Position numbers and translations under genes: made by a program
Part shown: in pieces, positions 50,975 through 64,000 of the stretch
How positions within the stretch are numbered: the stretch's first letter is position 1
Layout: every line of letters starts with the position of its first letter
Notes under the pieces: generated by a model
Told to the model about the DNA's origin: nothing
The model's database searches: none
What the model saw: the letters and a program-made list of their open reading frames with translations, nothing else
Assembly (NCBI RefSeq): GCF_018977255.1
Contig: NW_024704742.1
Span: 36,582,001-36,646,000, forward strand
Reading direction: 5' to 3'
Length of the DNA: 64,000 bases
Origin: Callorhinchus milii
Taxonomy: Eukaryota

Positions 50975-51300
50975 TCCGCACAAACACCTATTCAGTTTTG
51001 CTGACTTTGCTCACGCAATCTGCCTCTCGTGTGACGCAACCCGCCTACAATGCAGTCGATAACAATACTAATCTTCGCATTCGACACAACGGCTTATCGC
51101 GTCTTCGAGAGAGAGAGAGAGAGAACGTCTTAAAGCGCTTGGCCGAATATTCCGTGAGGCGAATCGACTGTATATTGCGTGGGCGAACCCACAATTTCTT
51201 GACCTTTCGAACCGAAATCACACAAAAAAAAAGCCTCCGGGCAGAAACAGAAAACAACCGCACATTCAAACAACCGGATCCCAGTGCAAACACCTTGGGT
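50975..51300 (-). promoter_or_regulatory. Small CpG-rich patch; candidate ICME-like TSS / non-coding first exon
   Basis: CpG enrichment, CRE-like TGACGCAA, GC box-like CCCGCC, minus-strand donor GC|gtgagc at 51014. Confidence 0.35.
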
Positions 51301-51389
51301 TGTGCTCAGTGGTAAACCAGTGTGTGTGTGGTGGGGGGGTACCCTGGTTTTAAACCTAACACCATCCCTGAACCACTGAACAGCTTCCA

Positions 51390-53422
51390 CCCACACACAC
51401 ACCCCCCCCACACACACACACCCCCACACACACACCCCCACCCCACACACACCCCACACACACACTCCACACACACCTCCCCCCCCACACCCCCCCACAC
51501 ACACACACCACACACACCTCCCCCACACACACACACACCCACACACCCCCACACCCCACACACACACACCCCCCACACACACACACCCCCCACACACACA
51601 CACCACACACACCTCCCCCACACACCTCCCCCCCCCACACACACCACACACACACCCCCCACACACCTCCCCCACACACACACCTCCCACACACACACCT
51701 CCCCCCACACACACACCTCCCCCCCCACATACACACCTCCCCCCACACACACACACCCCACACACACCCGCACACACACCTCCCCCCCCCCACACACCTC
51801 CCCCCCACACACCTCCCCCCCACACACACCACACACACACCTCCCCCACACACACACCCACACACCTCCCCCCCACACACACACCCACACACACACCTCC
51901 CCACACACACCCCCCCCACACACACACACACACCACACACACACCTCCCCCCCACACACACACACACCACACACACACCTCCCCCACACACACCTCCCCC
52001 CCCACACACACACCACACACACACCTCCCCCCCACACACAACACACATGTACACCACCCCCACACACACACCTCCCCCACACACACACACACACCCCCCA
52101 CACACACCACACACACACCTCCCCACACACACACCTCCCCCCACACACCCACCTCCCCCACACACACCCCTCCCCACACACACCCACCTCCCCCCCCCCC
52201 CACACACACCACACACACACCTCCCCCCACACACACACACCTCCCCCACACACACACACCCCTCCCCAACACACACACACCTCCCCCCCCCACACACACC
52301 ACACACACACCTCCCCCCAACACACACACACACACACACACCACACACACACCTCCCCCCACACACACACACACACCTCCCCCACACACACACACACACC
52401 TCCCCACACACACACACCTCCCCCCAACACACACACCTCTCCCCCACACACACACACCTCCCCCCAACACACACACACACACCTCCCCCCAACACACACA
52501 CCTCCCCCCCACACACACCTCCCCCCCCCACACACACACCCTACCACACACACACACACACACACCCCCCCCACACACACACACACACCTCCCCCCACAC
52601 ACACACACACACCTCCCCCCACACACACACCTCCCCCACACACACACACCTCCCCCCACACACACACCTCCCCCCAACACACACACACCTCTCCCCCACA
52701 CACACACACCTCTCCACAACACACACACACCTCCCCCCAACACACACACACCTCCCCCCAACACACACACCCCCCCCCCACACACACACCTCCCCCCACA
52801 CACACACCTCCCCCCACACACACACACCTCCCCCCCACACACACACCTCCCCCCAACACACACACTCCCCCCACACACACACACTCCCCCACACACACCT
52901 CCCCCCCACACACACACCTCCCCCCACACACACACACTCCCCCCCCACACACACACCTCCCCACACACACACCCCCCCCCCCACACACACACCTCCCCCA
53001 CACACACCTCCCCCTCACACACACCCCCCCCACACCACACCCCCCCCACACACACACCCCCCCACACACACACCCCCCCCACACACACACCTCCCCCACA
53101 CACACACCCCCCACACACACACCACACACACACACACCCCCCACACACACACCCCCCACACACACCCCCCCCCCACACACACACCTCCCCCACACACACA
53201 CCTCCCCCACACACACACCCCCCCCACACACACACCCCCCCCACACACACACCCCCCCCACACACACACCTCCCCCCACACACACACCTCCCCCCACACA
53301 CACATCCACACACACCTCCCCCCACACACACACACCTCCCCCCACACACACACCACACACACCCCCCCCACACACACACCCCCCCCACACACACACCTCC
53401 CCACACACACACACCTCCCCCC

Positions 53423-53457
<35 letters not shown>

Positions 53458-53800
53458 CCCCCCCACACACACACCTCCCCCCAACACACACACCTCCCCC
53501 CAACACACACACCTCCCCCCACACACACACACCACACACACACACCACACACACCCCCCCACACACACCACACACACACACCACACACACCTCCCCCCCA
53601 CACACACCTCCCCCCACACACACACACTCCCCCCCACACACACACACACCTCCCCCCACACACACCTCCCCCCCCACACACACACACCTCCCCCCCCCCA
53701 CACACACCACACACACACAGACCTCCCCCCCCCCCCCCACACACACACCCCCCACCCCCCCCCCACACAGCCCCCCCCCCACCCCCCCCCCCACACTCCC
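51390..53800. repeat. ~2.4-kb compound (CA)n / CCTCCCCC low-complexity tract
   Basis: Almost only C and A on the plus strand; the minus strand is GT/G-run rich. Confidence 0.97.
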
Positions 53801-54680
53801 GGCCATGGCTCCGGCGGTTTTGCTGTGCGGTCGAAATTCGGTGCGCGAAAAAAAAAATCAACTAAACCAATCAATCAATCAATCAATCCATAAATCATAA
53901 GAAAAACGATTAAAACTAAAAGGAATAAAAAGAAACGCAAACGACTGCCGAGCGGCGAATGCAGCGGATTGACAGCGCCCCCCACCCCACCCCACCCCGG
54001 GGGGGGATTAGCGGGAGGGGGGGGACCCGCACCGAGGGCTGCGGCTGAGCCTCTGCAGGACTGCGGCCCGAGTGCGGAATATCAGCGGCTCCCGCACCTG
54101 CAGCGGCAGCGGCGGCGGCTCTCCCGCACTTCAGCGGCTGCGGGAACGCAGGACAACAACACCGCAAAGGCAGAGAAGCTGTCACCAGAGGGGGAGGGGG
54201 TGCGGGAGGGGGTGCGGGAGTGGGGGGAGGGGGTGCGGGACGGGGGGGGAGGGGGTGCGGGAGGGGGGGGGGAGTGCACACATACCGCACCGCACCGAAC
54301 AAATCCGCAGCTGGTCCCAGGGGGCGGCTCTCCTCGCGTGTTTTAAGCTGCGGGTGGGGGTGGGGGTTGGGGGTGGGGGGTGTGGGGGGGTATTTAATCC
54401 GCTTTATAACTGGGTAATCTAATCCAGGTTACAGCGGACTCAGCAGTCCGCGAGGTATTTGCTTCCAGTACTGTGTCCCTCTTGAGCTCCGCGGTCCCGG
54501 CCGACTTCCCTGCGCTGGGAACGGTAACGGTCATAATGCCGATAACGATCCTGGCTTTTGAGGCGGCGCTTTTCGAGTCCCCTTCGCGGCGTCTCCAAGC
54601 GCTTCGCGGAATACGCTGTGAAGTCAGTGAGTCGGCTGTGTATCTGCGGGCGGAACGCGGCGGCCGATTGCGGATTGAAA
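53800..54680. promoter_or_regulatory. CpG island / promoter (ICME-like gene and/or a divergent plus-strand gene)
   Basis: Very high CpG and GC content, GCG runs and G-boxes; no convincing coding exon. Confidence 0.75.
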
Positions 54681-54842
54681 ATGACCAATTTTTTTTTATT
54701 GCTGTTTGGTTTGGGAGGGATTATTATTAGGCTCCGTGTGGAGTAAGGAAACTTGCCCGAGGTTTCGCCCTCTGCCGGGAATTGAACTCAGGTCTCTCAC
54801 TTGCAAAGCGAGTGCCCTAACCACTGAGCTACAGGACTCCAG
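54525..54842 (-). mobile_element. tRNA-Ala SINE (short subfamily) with a GC-shifted tail
   Basis: Head matches the family; tail carries many AT-to-GC changes. Confidence 0.85.
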
Positions 54843-55254
54843 TGTAGGGATAATGCAGCATTGTTTTACGAATGAGACATCAAACTGAGGTCCCATCTTC
54901 CGGTGGACATTAAAGATCCTCCAATCTTTCATACAGTCTTTAACACAGTGTGAACAGACAGACAGGACCTTGGTTTAACATCTCATTTGCAGGACGGTAA
55001 CTGACCCTGGAACACCCCTCCAGCACAGCATTGAAATGTCAGCCTCCATTATGTGAACTCAAAAGTCCCCAATGTCGAACTTGAACCTCCAACCTTCTGA
55101 TTCATAGACACCCGGATACATTCACACTACAATAAGGAGTAACAGTGAGCTCAAGAGGAGGGTGTGTCAACCTGGACAATCAGATCAGAGCCCCAATATG
55201 GGCCTTAAATGCACAACCTCTGACCTAGAGTTGCGAATGCTACCAACTTTGCAT

Positions 55255-55400
55255 AGATTTTTGTTAGATAAGGATATCAAGGGATATGGGGCAAGAACGG
55301 GCTATTGGAGTTGAGGTACTGATCAGCCATGATCTTATAAAACGGTGGAACAGGCTTGAGTGGCTGAATGGCCTAATCCTGTTCCTGTTTCCTATGTTCA
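55255..55400 (+). mobile_element. CR1 3' end
   Basis: IDFC..KDIKGYGA...WS* and the GATCAGCCATGATC...AATGGCCT..TCCTG tail. Confidence 0.8.
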
Positions 55401-57454
55401 ACTGAGCCAGGTTACAGTTTCACTCACAGTTTCATGCTCTCATCCTTCCCTCCTTCCTACAATCTTACAGACTTTTACAATCCAAGGTGGATTTCACCTA
55501 ATCTTGACTAACCTATTTCCCTACTCTTTTCAACCTGGTGTTACATTACACAATAAGCTTTAGCCCATTCCATGAATTCTAAATAGTATACAAAAAAATC
55601 AAGCTACTTCTACACCTCAATGAAAGCTGCCAAGCAAAAGATTAAAAAAAACCTCATCTTGTTCCTTTAGTATGCCATGATTCCCTTGTTTCTGACACCT
55701 TGATGGACCCTTTCCTTTTCCCAATGGCTGAGGCATTTTATAATGCATTCATTTGGTCAAAGATATAGAACCATTTCACGCCAAGCATCCTATCTGTTCT
55801 GCTGCGTGGACTAGCTCCTGATCCATAGTCGCCAACTGATTAACCACATCTGATCCTTCAGATATTCCTGACAGATGATTTTTTCATCCAGTATTTCTGA
55901 TACTGTGTTTCAGCTTTAGCTACTTTGTCTCCAGCATTTATCCCCAATGGGTATGGCCATAATGTACTACCGACAGATTTGTCTGAGTGCTCAAATCTAT
56001 TATTATTTGACCAGGCTATTTCCTACTCAGTATTCTTTGTATGGTGCCCATTATGTTAGAGTCATATTTCCAAGATGAAACCATTGGAAACTGTGTTTTG
56101 CTTTTGAAGAAATGACAGATTGCAAAATGGAAAGAGTTAAGAGTTTCAGGTTACACAACAGAAGGAGGTATATGATGTACAAAGAGAGGGATTACAATTT
56201 TTCACAAAAGACAGTGACTGTCACTGGAAATAAATGAAAGTTGACAAGTCTTTAGACACACAATACCTCAGTGACATAAAATACTGCAATGCCACCTATC
56301 TCTTGATAACAACTGGTTTCAAGAAGAATTTTTTTTAGAGTAAAAAAAATTTAGCATCTTGTAATTTTCTCTTACAGATTTTACAAGAGGCTATATCCAA
56401 ACTTAATAGAGGATAAATCTAGTATGCCCATTGAGCTTCAAGGAATTATTATAGACAATAATAACAAATTACATTTGTATTGTGCCTTTAACATCAGGAG
56501 GACGTCCCAAGACACTGGGACATCTCGATAAAAAAGTAATTGGGATAGCATTTGTGATCCTTTTAAGCATTCCTTGTGTTCATTACAATACAGATTGATA
56601 GTAACGAGTAGGTGGATTTACATGCTTTAACCCAAAAATAGGTTTCAAGATCAATTACAAGTTATTTTTGGGCCAGAGAGAGAGTGTGATTTTAACTCTC
56701 TTTTGTCTGACCAAGCTAGAAACGACCATTTGCCCACAAAACTTTACAGTATTCACTTTACAGTATATGCTATGAAGCGCTTTGGGACATCTTTCATACT
56801 TAAAAAGTATTATACCAAATGTAGGGATTATTATTAGGGATCAAATATTAAATGATAAAAGTGGGAAGTTGCCCCAATAATTAAAAATTATCGTTTCAAA
56901 AAAGTCAGTTGAACAAGCTGAAAGAATTCAATTCGATCTATCTGGAATATTTAAAATTTCTTCTTTGTCAGCGTGTAGCTTTTATCTATTTTCCGTTCCC
57001 TTTTTTTGAGTTTTGTTGTACCCCACATCCTACATTTGTTGGTATGTGCTATAGTCAAATTGAGAGATGCCGGTCCTGGAATGGAATCTATTTAAGTAAG
57101 TGCAAGTTGCTAAAGTTGTATTTCAGTCCGTAGAACTCAAGTCAAAATTAGAATAAAACTCGTCCCCACAATATCGAAAAAGTACCCTTATTTTATCAAT
57201 GTAGATTTCTCATCGTAACCTCTTACGGCCTCTCTAAGTGGGATTTCAAATAAGTGCCAAATCATGCTGAATAATGGGCAGATCTGCATTGTGAACTCAC
57301 ACCAACAACAACCACAACTTGCATTTACTATATACAGCACCCTTCATGAGAGTAGGGTCTCCGAGTGCTTTACAATGGTGTGGTTTGAAATATTTCACCA
57401 ATTGCACTCGAAACAGGATCAGACTGCCAATCACGTTTTTACTCAGAACCATTA

Positions 57455-57750
57455 ATAATAATAATAATCCTTGCATTTGATGTAGCGCTTTTCACATCTT
57501 CTCGACGTCTCAAAGCGCTTCACAGAATAGACTGTAAAGTGAATTGACCGGATATTTGTGGGTGAAACTCGGCAGCCAATTGCGCACAGGAGTGTCCCAC
57601 AAACAATTTATTATTGTTTTGTTTTGGAGGGATTATTATTAGGCGTGTGGAGTAAGGAAACTTGCCCAAGGTTTTGCCCTGCCTGGAATTGATCCCAGGC
57701 GTCTCGCTTGCAAGACGAGTGCTCTAACCACTGAGCTACAGGACTCCACA
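57455..57750 (-). mobile_element. tRNA-Ala SINE (short subfamily)
   Basis: Full-length antisense copy. Confidence 0.9.
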
Positions 57751-59099
57751 TTGCAGAATGATTCGGTGCAAATCATCAGAGAGAAAAACATAATACTGTA
57801 TTCTATCAGGAAGGACACTGTTCTAACCTGTGTTGCAATGCAGTTCTTTCTATATTTTCCAGTGTATTATTTCTCTCTTTTAGTAAATAGTTTGAAATTG
57901 TAAGGCACGCTTTCCAGGAATGCGATTGTACAATCCAGATGTGTCCTTGTCTTCGTTTATCACCTCTTTGTCCAATGTACTCTTTCCTTGGGAATTAAAC
58001 ATAAATGGAAACTGAATCGATAATGATTATGCCACACAGGGAAATCTCACACTGTATTCTCAGTTAGTCAGTTGGGGAAACGCAATAATATTATATTCAC
58101 TGCCGAGGACTCTTGGATCTCAAACAATGGAAAAGTGAGTGTTTTAAACCATTTCTGCCTAACAATAGCTTAGCTCAGATTAACAACTAAAATTTACACT
58201 TTTTCTTTGAATTCAATATGATGTCAGTGTGCTTTTATAGATGTTTCTAATTTGATGTAGAAAATGAAACAGTTCTAATGTTCAGTATCTGAACAATCTG
58301 AGGGATGTCATCGAGGAGTTGCTCAGGTGGGTCGTGGTTGGGCGAATCAGTTAGATCAAACCTCAGCATCAGGAACACTCAGAGGAGAGGGTGTCTCTTT
58401 TTGCTCTAAAGGTCCTAAATCAGACGTGACCTACAATGTAGTCCCTCATAATTCAATACCAAACAAGCATTACATTGCTAGTCTAACTGAGGGTACCTGG
58501 TAAGGGTAGCGAAAACAATTAGATGGTTGAGTAGGAGGTGCTCTTCGAAGGTTGTTTTTAAGCATATTCATAGGAACAAAGTCAAAGGCTTTACAGAGTA
58601 TCCTGTTGTGCTATACCTGACCAAGTGCTAACACTGAATGTCTAAAGTGAAAAAGTATTCTTCTATTCATTACTGACATCCCTCACTTACAAACTGGTTC
58701 TCCAATTTTCTCTCCCTTTTCTCTATCTAACCTTTCCTGAAGGCAGTAACTTATACTGGACACAATTTTATGGATTTTGGTAGCTCTCCAATATATTGTC
58801 CAAATGTGAGACTTGATAGTGAACTCTGATGACTTATTTTATCAATGCGGTGAGGGAAGTCAGAGTTTAACCTGATCCTTTCCTTATTCAATGTCCACAC
58901 ACATTTACTTTTTAGCAGAGCAAACTACATATTGATCAGGAGCAGGAATTCTGCAGGTATTGCTTTCTCTGTCCCAAGAATGCTGAGGCCAATTGCAGTG
59001 CTCCTATCAGTTACTGAACTCTATCAACTAACTACTATATAAATTATCTACGAAGCATGCTCCTGTGGCTCCTAGGTATCTTCCGGTTAGTGGATCAGG

Positions 59100-59468
59100 T
59101 TCTCGAACCTTGTCCTAATCTTTAATTCTTTCATGGTCTTGCCCAACTTAATTCTGCAACCTTCTGTTCAGTGGGCACTGGCCTGCTTCATGTTCCCTGT
59201 CCAACCACTCCAGGATTGGCATTGTGCTTTCAGTCAATCTGCCCTCATTCTCTGGAATTCCCTCTTGGAATACCTACATCATGCCCCTTCCCTCAGCTCC
59301 TTCAAAGTCACCCTCAAGACCTTCCTCTTTGATCGCACTTTCAGTCATCTTTTCCCCCCACCCACCTCGGCTCCCACCCTTAGCTTGGGAGCAAATCTCA
59401 ACAGCCCAGCGCCTTGAGGCAACCTCCCAATGTGAAAGGCACTATATAAATGTAAATTTGTTGTTGTA
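59100..59468 (+). mobile_element. L2 3' fragment
   Basis: AFSQSALILWNSL...SLSSFKVTLKTFLF plus (TTG)n tail. Confidence 0.8.
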
Positions 59469-59679
59469 AGGTTTGTTTGAAACATTTCCAGGCCATGCAG
59501 TGTATTTCCTCATTGAGCCATCAAACCATTATTTTTACAACTGCAAAGCATGTAACCAGTTATGAAGACTAAAATCACCTTACCCTGGAGCGTTAGTGCA
59601 TAAGCAAAGAACATGTGTATAAAATGAACACATTTCAAGAACGGAAGGGAAGTTTTTCTCCACAGATACATAGATAATG

Positions 59680-60045
59680 ATAATAATAATAATAATCTTT
59701 GCTTTTGATATAGCACTTTTCACATCTTCTAGACATCTTAAAGTGCTTCACAGAATATACTGTAAAGTGAATTGACTGTATATTTGTGGGTGAAACACAG
59801 CAGCCAATTTCGCACAGCAGTGTCCCACAAATAATCGTGGATTGAGTGACAAAATTAGTATTGTTTTTTTTTAAGGATTATTATGCCCAGAAAAGTGATT
59901 CACCAATCGACTAACAACCGGGTTCCTACTTACTGCTAGGTAAACCGAGGTGTAAGGAATAAGGAAACTTGCCCAACATTTTGCCCAGTCTGGAATCAAA
60001 CCCAGGTCTCTCTCTTGCGAGGTGAGTGCTCTAACCACTGAGACG
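59680..60045 (-). mobile_element. tRNA-Ala SINE (long subfamily)
   Basis: Homologous to 47305-47680. Confidence 0.85.
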
Positions 60046-63000
60046 TCCAGATAAACTAGTTGATATTACATCTATTAATACCCTTAAGAAAATTTAATGC
60101 ATATCTGGTTTGGGATAGAATTCACTGTCATAAGGCTATAGGTACTGGCAAAGATAACTGAATGCTATGTGGAACTTGAAGGTCTCCAAACTACTGGAAC
60201 CATGGCAATGTCATGCCTAGAAAAGCAACCAGCAGAGGATGAATAATACACGATATAAGATTAGATAAGTATTCTGCAGTTCGCTATGATTTAACTTTCG
60301 CAGAGCAGTGAGAAACCTTGCAGAACCTTTCCACAGGAAATTAAATTGATTGAGTACTCTATGATAGAACTGACATGTTATGCAGAAATAAATAGATGGT
60401 GGCTGGAGCATATTGCGTGTGAGCAGCCTCCATCTGTCAAAATGCTGAGCAACTTGAGGTTTTTTTTTGCTTGTTATTGACTTTGAGAAGTATTTCTGGT
60501 TAATCTATTCTACTCTTTTCATATTGTTTTAGATCTATGACACTTTGATCTGTTGCTCTGAACTTTGCTTTGTTAATGAAAAAAAACGTTAATGTGTCGG
60601 TTCCTGCAATAGTTTAGATTGTCAGTGACTTTCCTAATCATAGATAACATAATATTTTGTGAGTAAATGCTTTTATTTCTTTTTAATTGTACAAATGTTC
60701 CTATAATAATGAAGAATGCCTTAAAGTAAAATATGTACTGATGGATGCACAATATTCTCTCTGTGTTCTAACATTAAAGCTAACTTAATTCTGTCTGGGG
60801 TATTTATGCTAGTTCTTATACCTTATAGAATTTTTCAGAAACTGCAGTTAATAGCGTACATCACTAAGCTTTAACATAAATCAAACACATAGGATTGCTT
60901 TTATTTACCAAATAGGAAGTGGTTTATTGGGCAAGTAATTACTAATGAAAACAAATATGGATTTAACCGGATCATTTTGAAAAAGAAATGAACCATTGAT
61001 TTTTAACAATATCAATAATTCAAAAAGTATGTCAAATGTGCTGGATGCATTTCGGATTGGGTTTTTGATGTCTTTTTGATGGCAATAAAATATTTTCTGT
61101 TTGAAAACAGTTACTTCTATCTGTAGAAGATTTAACACTAGCTTATGTTTTGCTATTTCATAAATATTAATTCAGTCTGCCTGTCATGCAATAGTCAATT
61201 TAGAGAACTAGTCAATTGAAAGAACGACAAAGCTATGAAGCAAATGAAAGATGCATTGTATAAAGCAGCAAGTGGGATCCAAAGATTTTTTTTTAACAAT
61301 GTTAGCAGGCGGCATGTTAAACATCATAGGTTTATTATGAAATGAATTGGAAAGAAATATTGCTGTCAATGTTCACAAATTCACTGAAATCATTCAGTTC
61401 CAATTATTTTTGCTCAGAAATCTATAGCACAAGTAAACATCAGTAAAAGCACATGTTACAAAGAAACAATGAGAATGAATTACCGAATGGGTACCTGGGC
61501 TGGAAGGAATATACTTCAGTATCTTTAAAACAATGATAGAGGAAATAGGCAGTGCACGGAAATATGAAAAGTACAATGTGAAGGGTCTCCATTAGGAATG
61601 GTGGAAAAGGAAGACGATTTGGACTTAACTATTGATCATTTAGTTTCCAGTAAATGTGAAGCTGCTGTCAGAAAAGGTAATCAAATACGAGAATGCATCT
61701 TTAGGGTATCAGATGATAAACTGAAACCTATTACTCTAGACCTGTATAGATCAGCACAGTAATCATCATGTCCTATGGAATATTTGATCAACTCAATCAA
61801 CATTTAATCTATAACCTATATGCCTTATTTTGCTAGATACTTTTTTGAAATAACAAATCAACACATCAGCTACTTTGGCTGGAACTCCACATATCTACAT
61901 ATCCACATACTATGTGGGGAACATAAAATCTAATCTCGAGTTGTGTGTAAATCTTGTTTACCGTAAAACTGTGTTTGCGAATTATATGATCACAGTTCAG
62001 GCCCAAGCGCACATTAATTGCAGCAGTTTAAAGACCTGGATTACGTCCTCCCTCAATTTTATTTTCTCCATTAAAAATCAGTCCAGTCTGTAAGTCTCTC
62101 CTCCTTACTTAGTGACCTAAGGTCAGCTTGCCTATAAAATACATCACTGCAGTGTGAAGTGCGTTGAGACATTTTGACATGATTTTAATATATCAAGTAT
62201 AAGCATTTATGATACTGCGCCAGACAGAGTATTTTCTGTTTATCATCACCTTCTGCTACATATGCAACATATCTTGGGTGGACCTAAATAGGTTCAATTA
62301 TAAAATATATCAACCCTAACAATGAATTAGAAGGACACTCTCTGCATTAAGATGTCTGGAGTCTGCAGTTGCCTCTTAACAGAGTGGACTTGCTTTAGTT
62401 CTTTTTAAAATGGTAACAGAACCATAGACATTGTGTTGCTGTACATTAATCTGAAATGGCCGGATGCAATTCTTGCTTGACAGTGATAAAGGACTTTTAG
62501 AAATTGCCGTAATTTCAACAAGACTACAAAGAACACCTGGGTGGACATTGTTGCTCCATGTTCCCTTCATATATAAGAGGACCAATGTTCTAAGTCACAG
62601 CGCACTTTTGGGAAGTAGTAAGTAATAGAGCACTCTTTGTATTCCTGTTAAAAGATGACAATCATAACTGTCCCTACACATCTCACAAGCATTAAAGATA
62701 AAATTGCACCACGGGACTATTTCATTGACGTTGCAGTGAATGTGCACTTACATCAACTGTCAGTGTATTTTTAGCTGCTCAGTTGAACCCTGCTACTGCC
62801 ACAGTAAGCTCTATATTCAAACTCAACTGCCCCAAATGGTGTGTAATTGTTTCACGCTGTTTGTGCAAGTGAGCCTCGGTGAGCTAATTAGCTAAACCTT
62901 GCCATCCTGTGTAAATCAATCATATTGAAGCTTCCTTCCTAATTGCGGAAACAAAAAACAACATTTTCCCTGTGTGTGTGTGTGTGGTACATTGTGAAAA

Positions 63001-63334
63001 ACTAAATCAAAACACTCTCTCTCTCTGTCTCGCTCTGACACATCGGGACAGAGTAATAAACTGAAAATCAAGGCAATAGATATCACTATGGATCCTGAGG
63101 TTCTTGTTGAAAAACAGGATGGATTATTTGAAGAACATTTGTCTTTTTGTCATCTTTATCTGGTGGAGATTTTATTGATGTATTGACATACAGGATTTGG
63201 TTTCTAGATTCTCAAATATTTTTTTCAACAGAATTTAGAGCATTTCCTTGCACCGTGTTCCCAGTGTTTGATGTTTATCGAACCCCATCGAAGTTTGATC
63301 AAGATTGCACATGTTAAGTCATTTTAAAGCATTT

Positions 63335-63545
63335 GAAATCGAGAAGATACAGAGAAGGGCACCCAAAATGACTGAGGGAATGGAAGAACTGGACTATGAC
63401 GAACGGCTAAGTAAATTGGGCATATTCACGCTGGAAAAAAGATTGAGAGGCGACATGTTTGCTGTCTTTAAGATTCTAAAGGGGCAAGACAATATAGATC
63501 ATGACAGACTGTTCCAACTTGTCCAGAATAGAAAAAACAGAGGGC
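63335..63545 (+). mobile_element. CR1 LINE ORF2 fragment
   Basis: EKIQRRAPKM..GMEELDYDERLSKLGIFTLEKRLRGDMFAVFKILKG. Confidence 0.85.
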
Positions 63546-63569
63546 GCTATATTGTGCAAGTTGTTGTTG

Positions 63570-63769
63570 TTATTGTTTTTTTTAAGGAATTATTACCTCC
63601 GGAAAAGTGATCTTCCAATCAATTAACAACTGAGTTCCTACTTACTGCTGGATAAACAGAAGCATGTGGAGCAACGAAACTTGCCCAACATTTTGCTCTG
63701 CTGAGAATGAAACCCAGGTCCTTTGTTTGCAAGCTGAGTACTCTAACCATTGAGCTACAGGACTCCACA
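63570..63769 (-). mobile_element. tRNA-Ala SINE (long subfamily), 5' half
   Basis: Head plus central segment, tail missing. Confidence 0.8.
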
Positions 63770-64000
63770 TGCATCTGTTTCACTGGCCTTGTGGTATTCC
63801 CTGAGAACAAATGTATTACTCATTGACTGTTCTTTACAGGTATTAATAATAATCATTGCATTTGATAACTTCAAGAAACATAAATAAATGAAAGATATGC
63901 ATCAATTTCTGAAGTGGTAATGATTATTGAAATGAGTCATTAGACAACTATGAATATAGGAAAGTTTGAAATAATAATAATCATTGCATTTGATAGAGCG

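Noticed and set aside
51130..53900. ORFs of 400-900 aa rich in C/V/G/W or H/T/P
   Set aside because: Stop-free frames arise from the CA/C low-complexity tract; several frames on both strands are open.
56378..56460. Plus-strand exon after a cttacag acceptor
   Set aside because: No convincing donor or recognisable peptide; runs into an L2 tail.
63088..63186. Short ORF MDPEVLVEKQ... after (TG)n/(CT)n repeats
   Set aside because: 32 aa, no recognisable homology and no strong donor.

Overview
Eukaryotic vertebrate DNA, most likely a cartilaginous fish (inferred from the repeat mix of Deu-like SINEs, tRNA-Ala SINEs with L2-type tails, and L2, CR1 and Tx1 LINE fragments). The window is mostly intronic or intergenic. 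One protein-coding gene can be rebuilt by hand on the minus strand (37251-48950): 7 spliced exons encoding an ICME-like alpha/beta-hydrolase of about 360 aa with YGGAW, GHSAG, D and H motifs, and one probable GC-AG intron. A second, unidentified minus-strand gene seems to start at the CpG island near 26.0-26.4 kb and run off the left edge (candidate exons 26057-~26420, 13529-13643, 728-836). A second CpG island lies at about 53.8-54.7 kb. Both islands sit beside kilobase-scale simple repeats, which explain all the long ORFs in the ORF track. The most notable observations are: strongly AT-to-GC shifted SINE copies at the edges of the 51-54.7 kb promoter region; a diverged ~155-bp tandem array carrying CTCF-like motifs; a CA microsatellite with about 28 RAG heptamers; a SINE inserted antisense into its own family through an internal inverted repeat; and a Tx1-like insertion with a TSD inside a Deu-like SINE. 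I found no clearly new multi-gene system. Repeat family names come from recalled consensus similarity, not from database searches.
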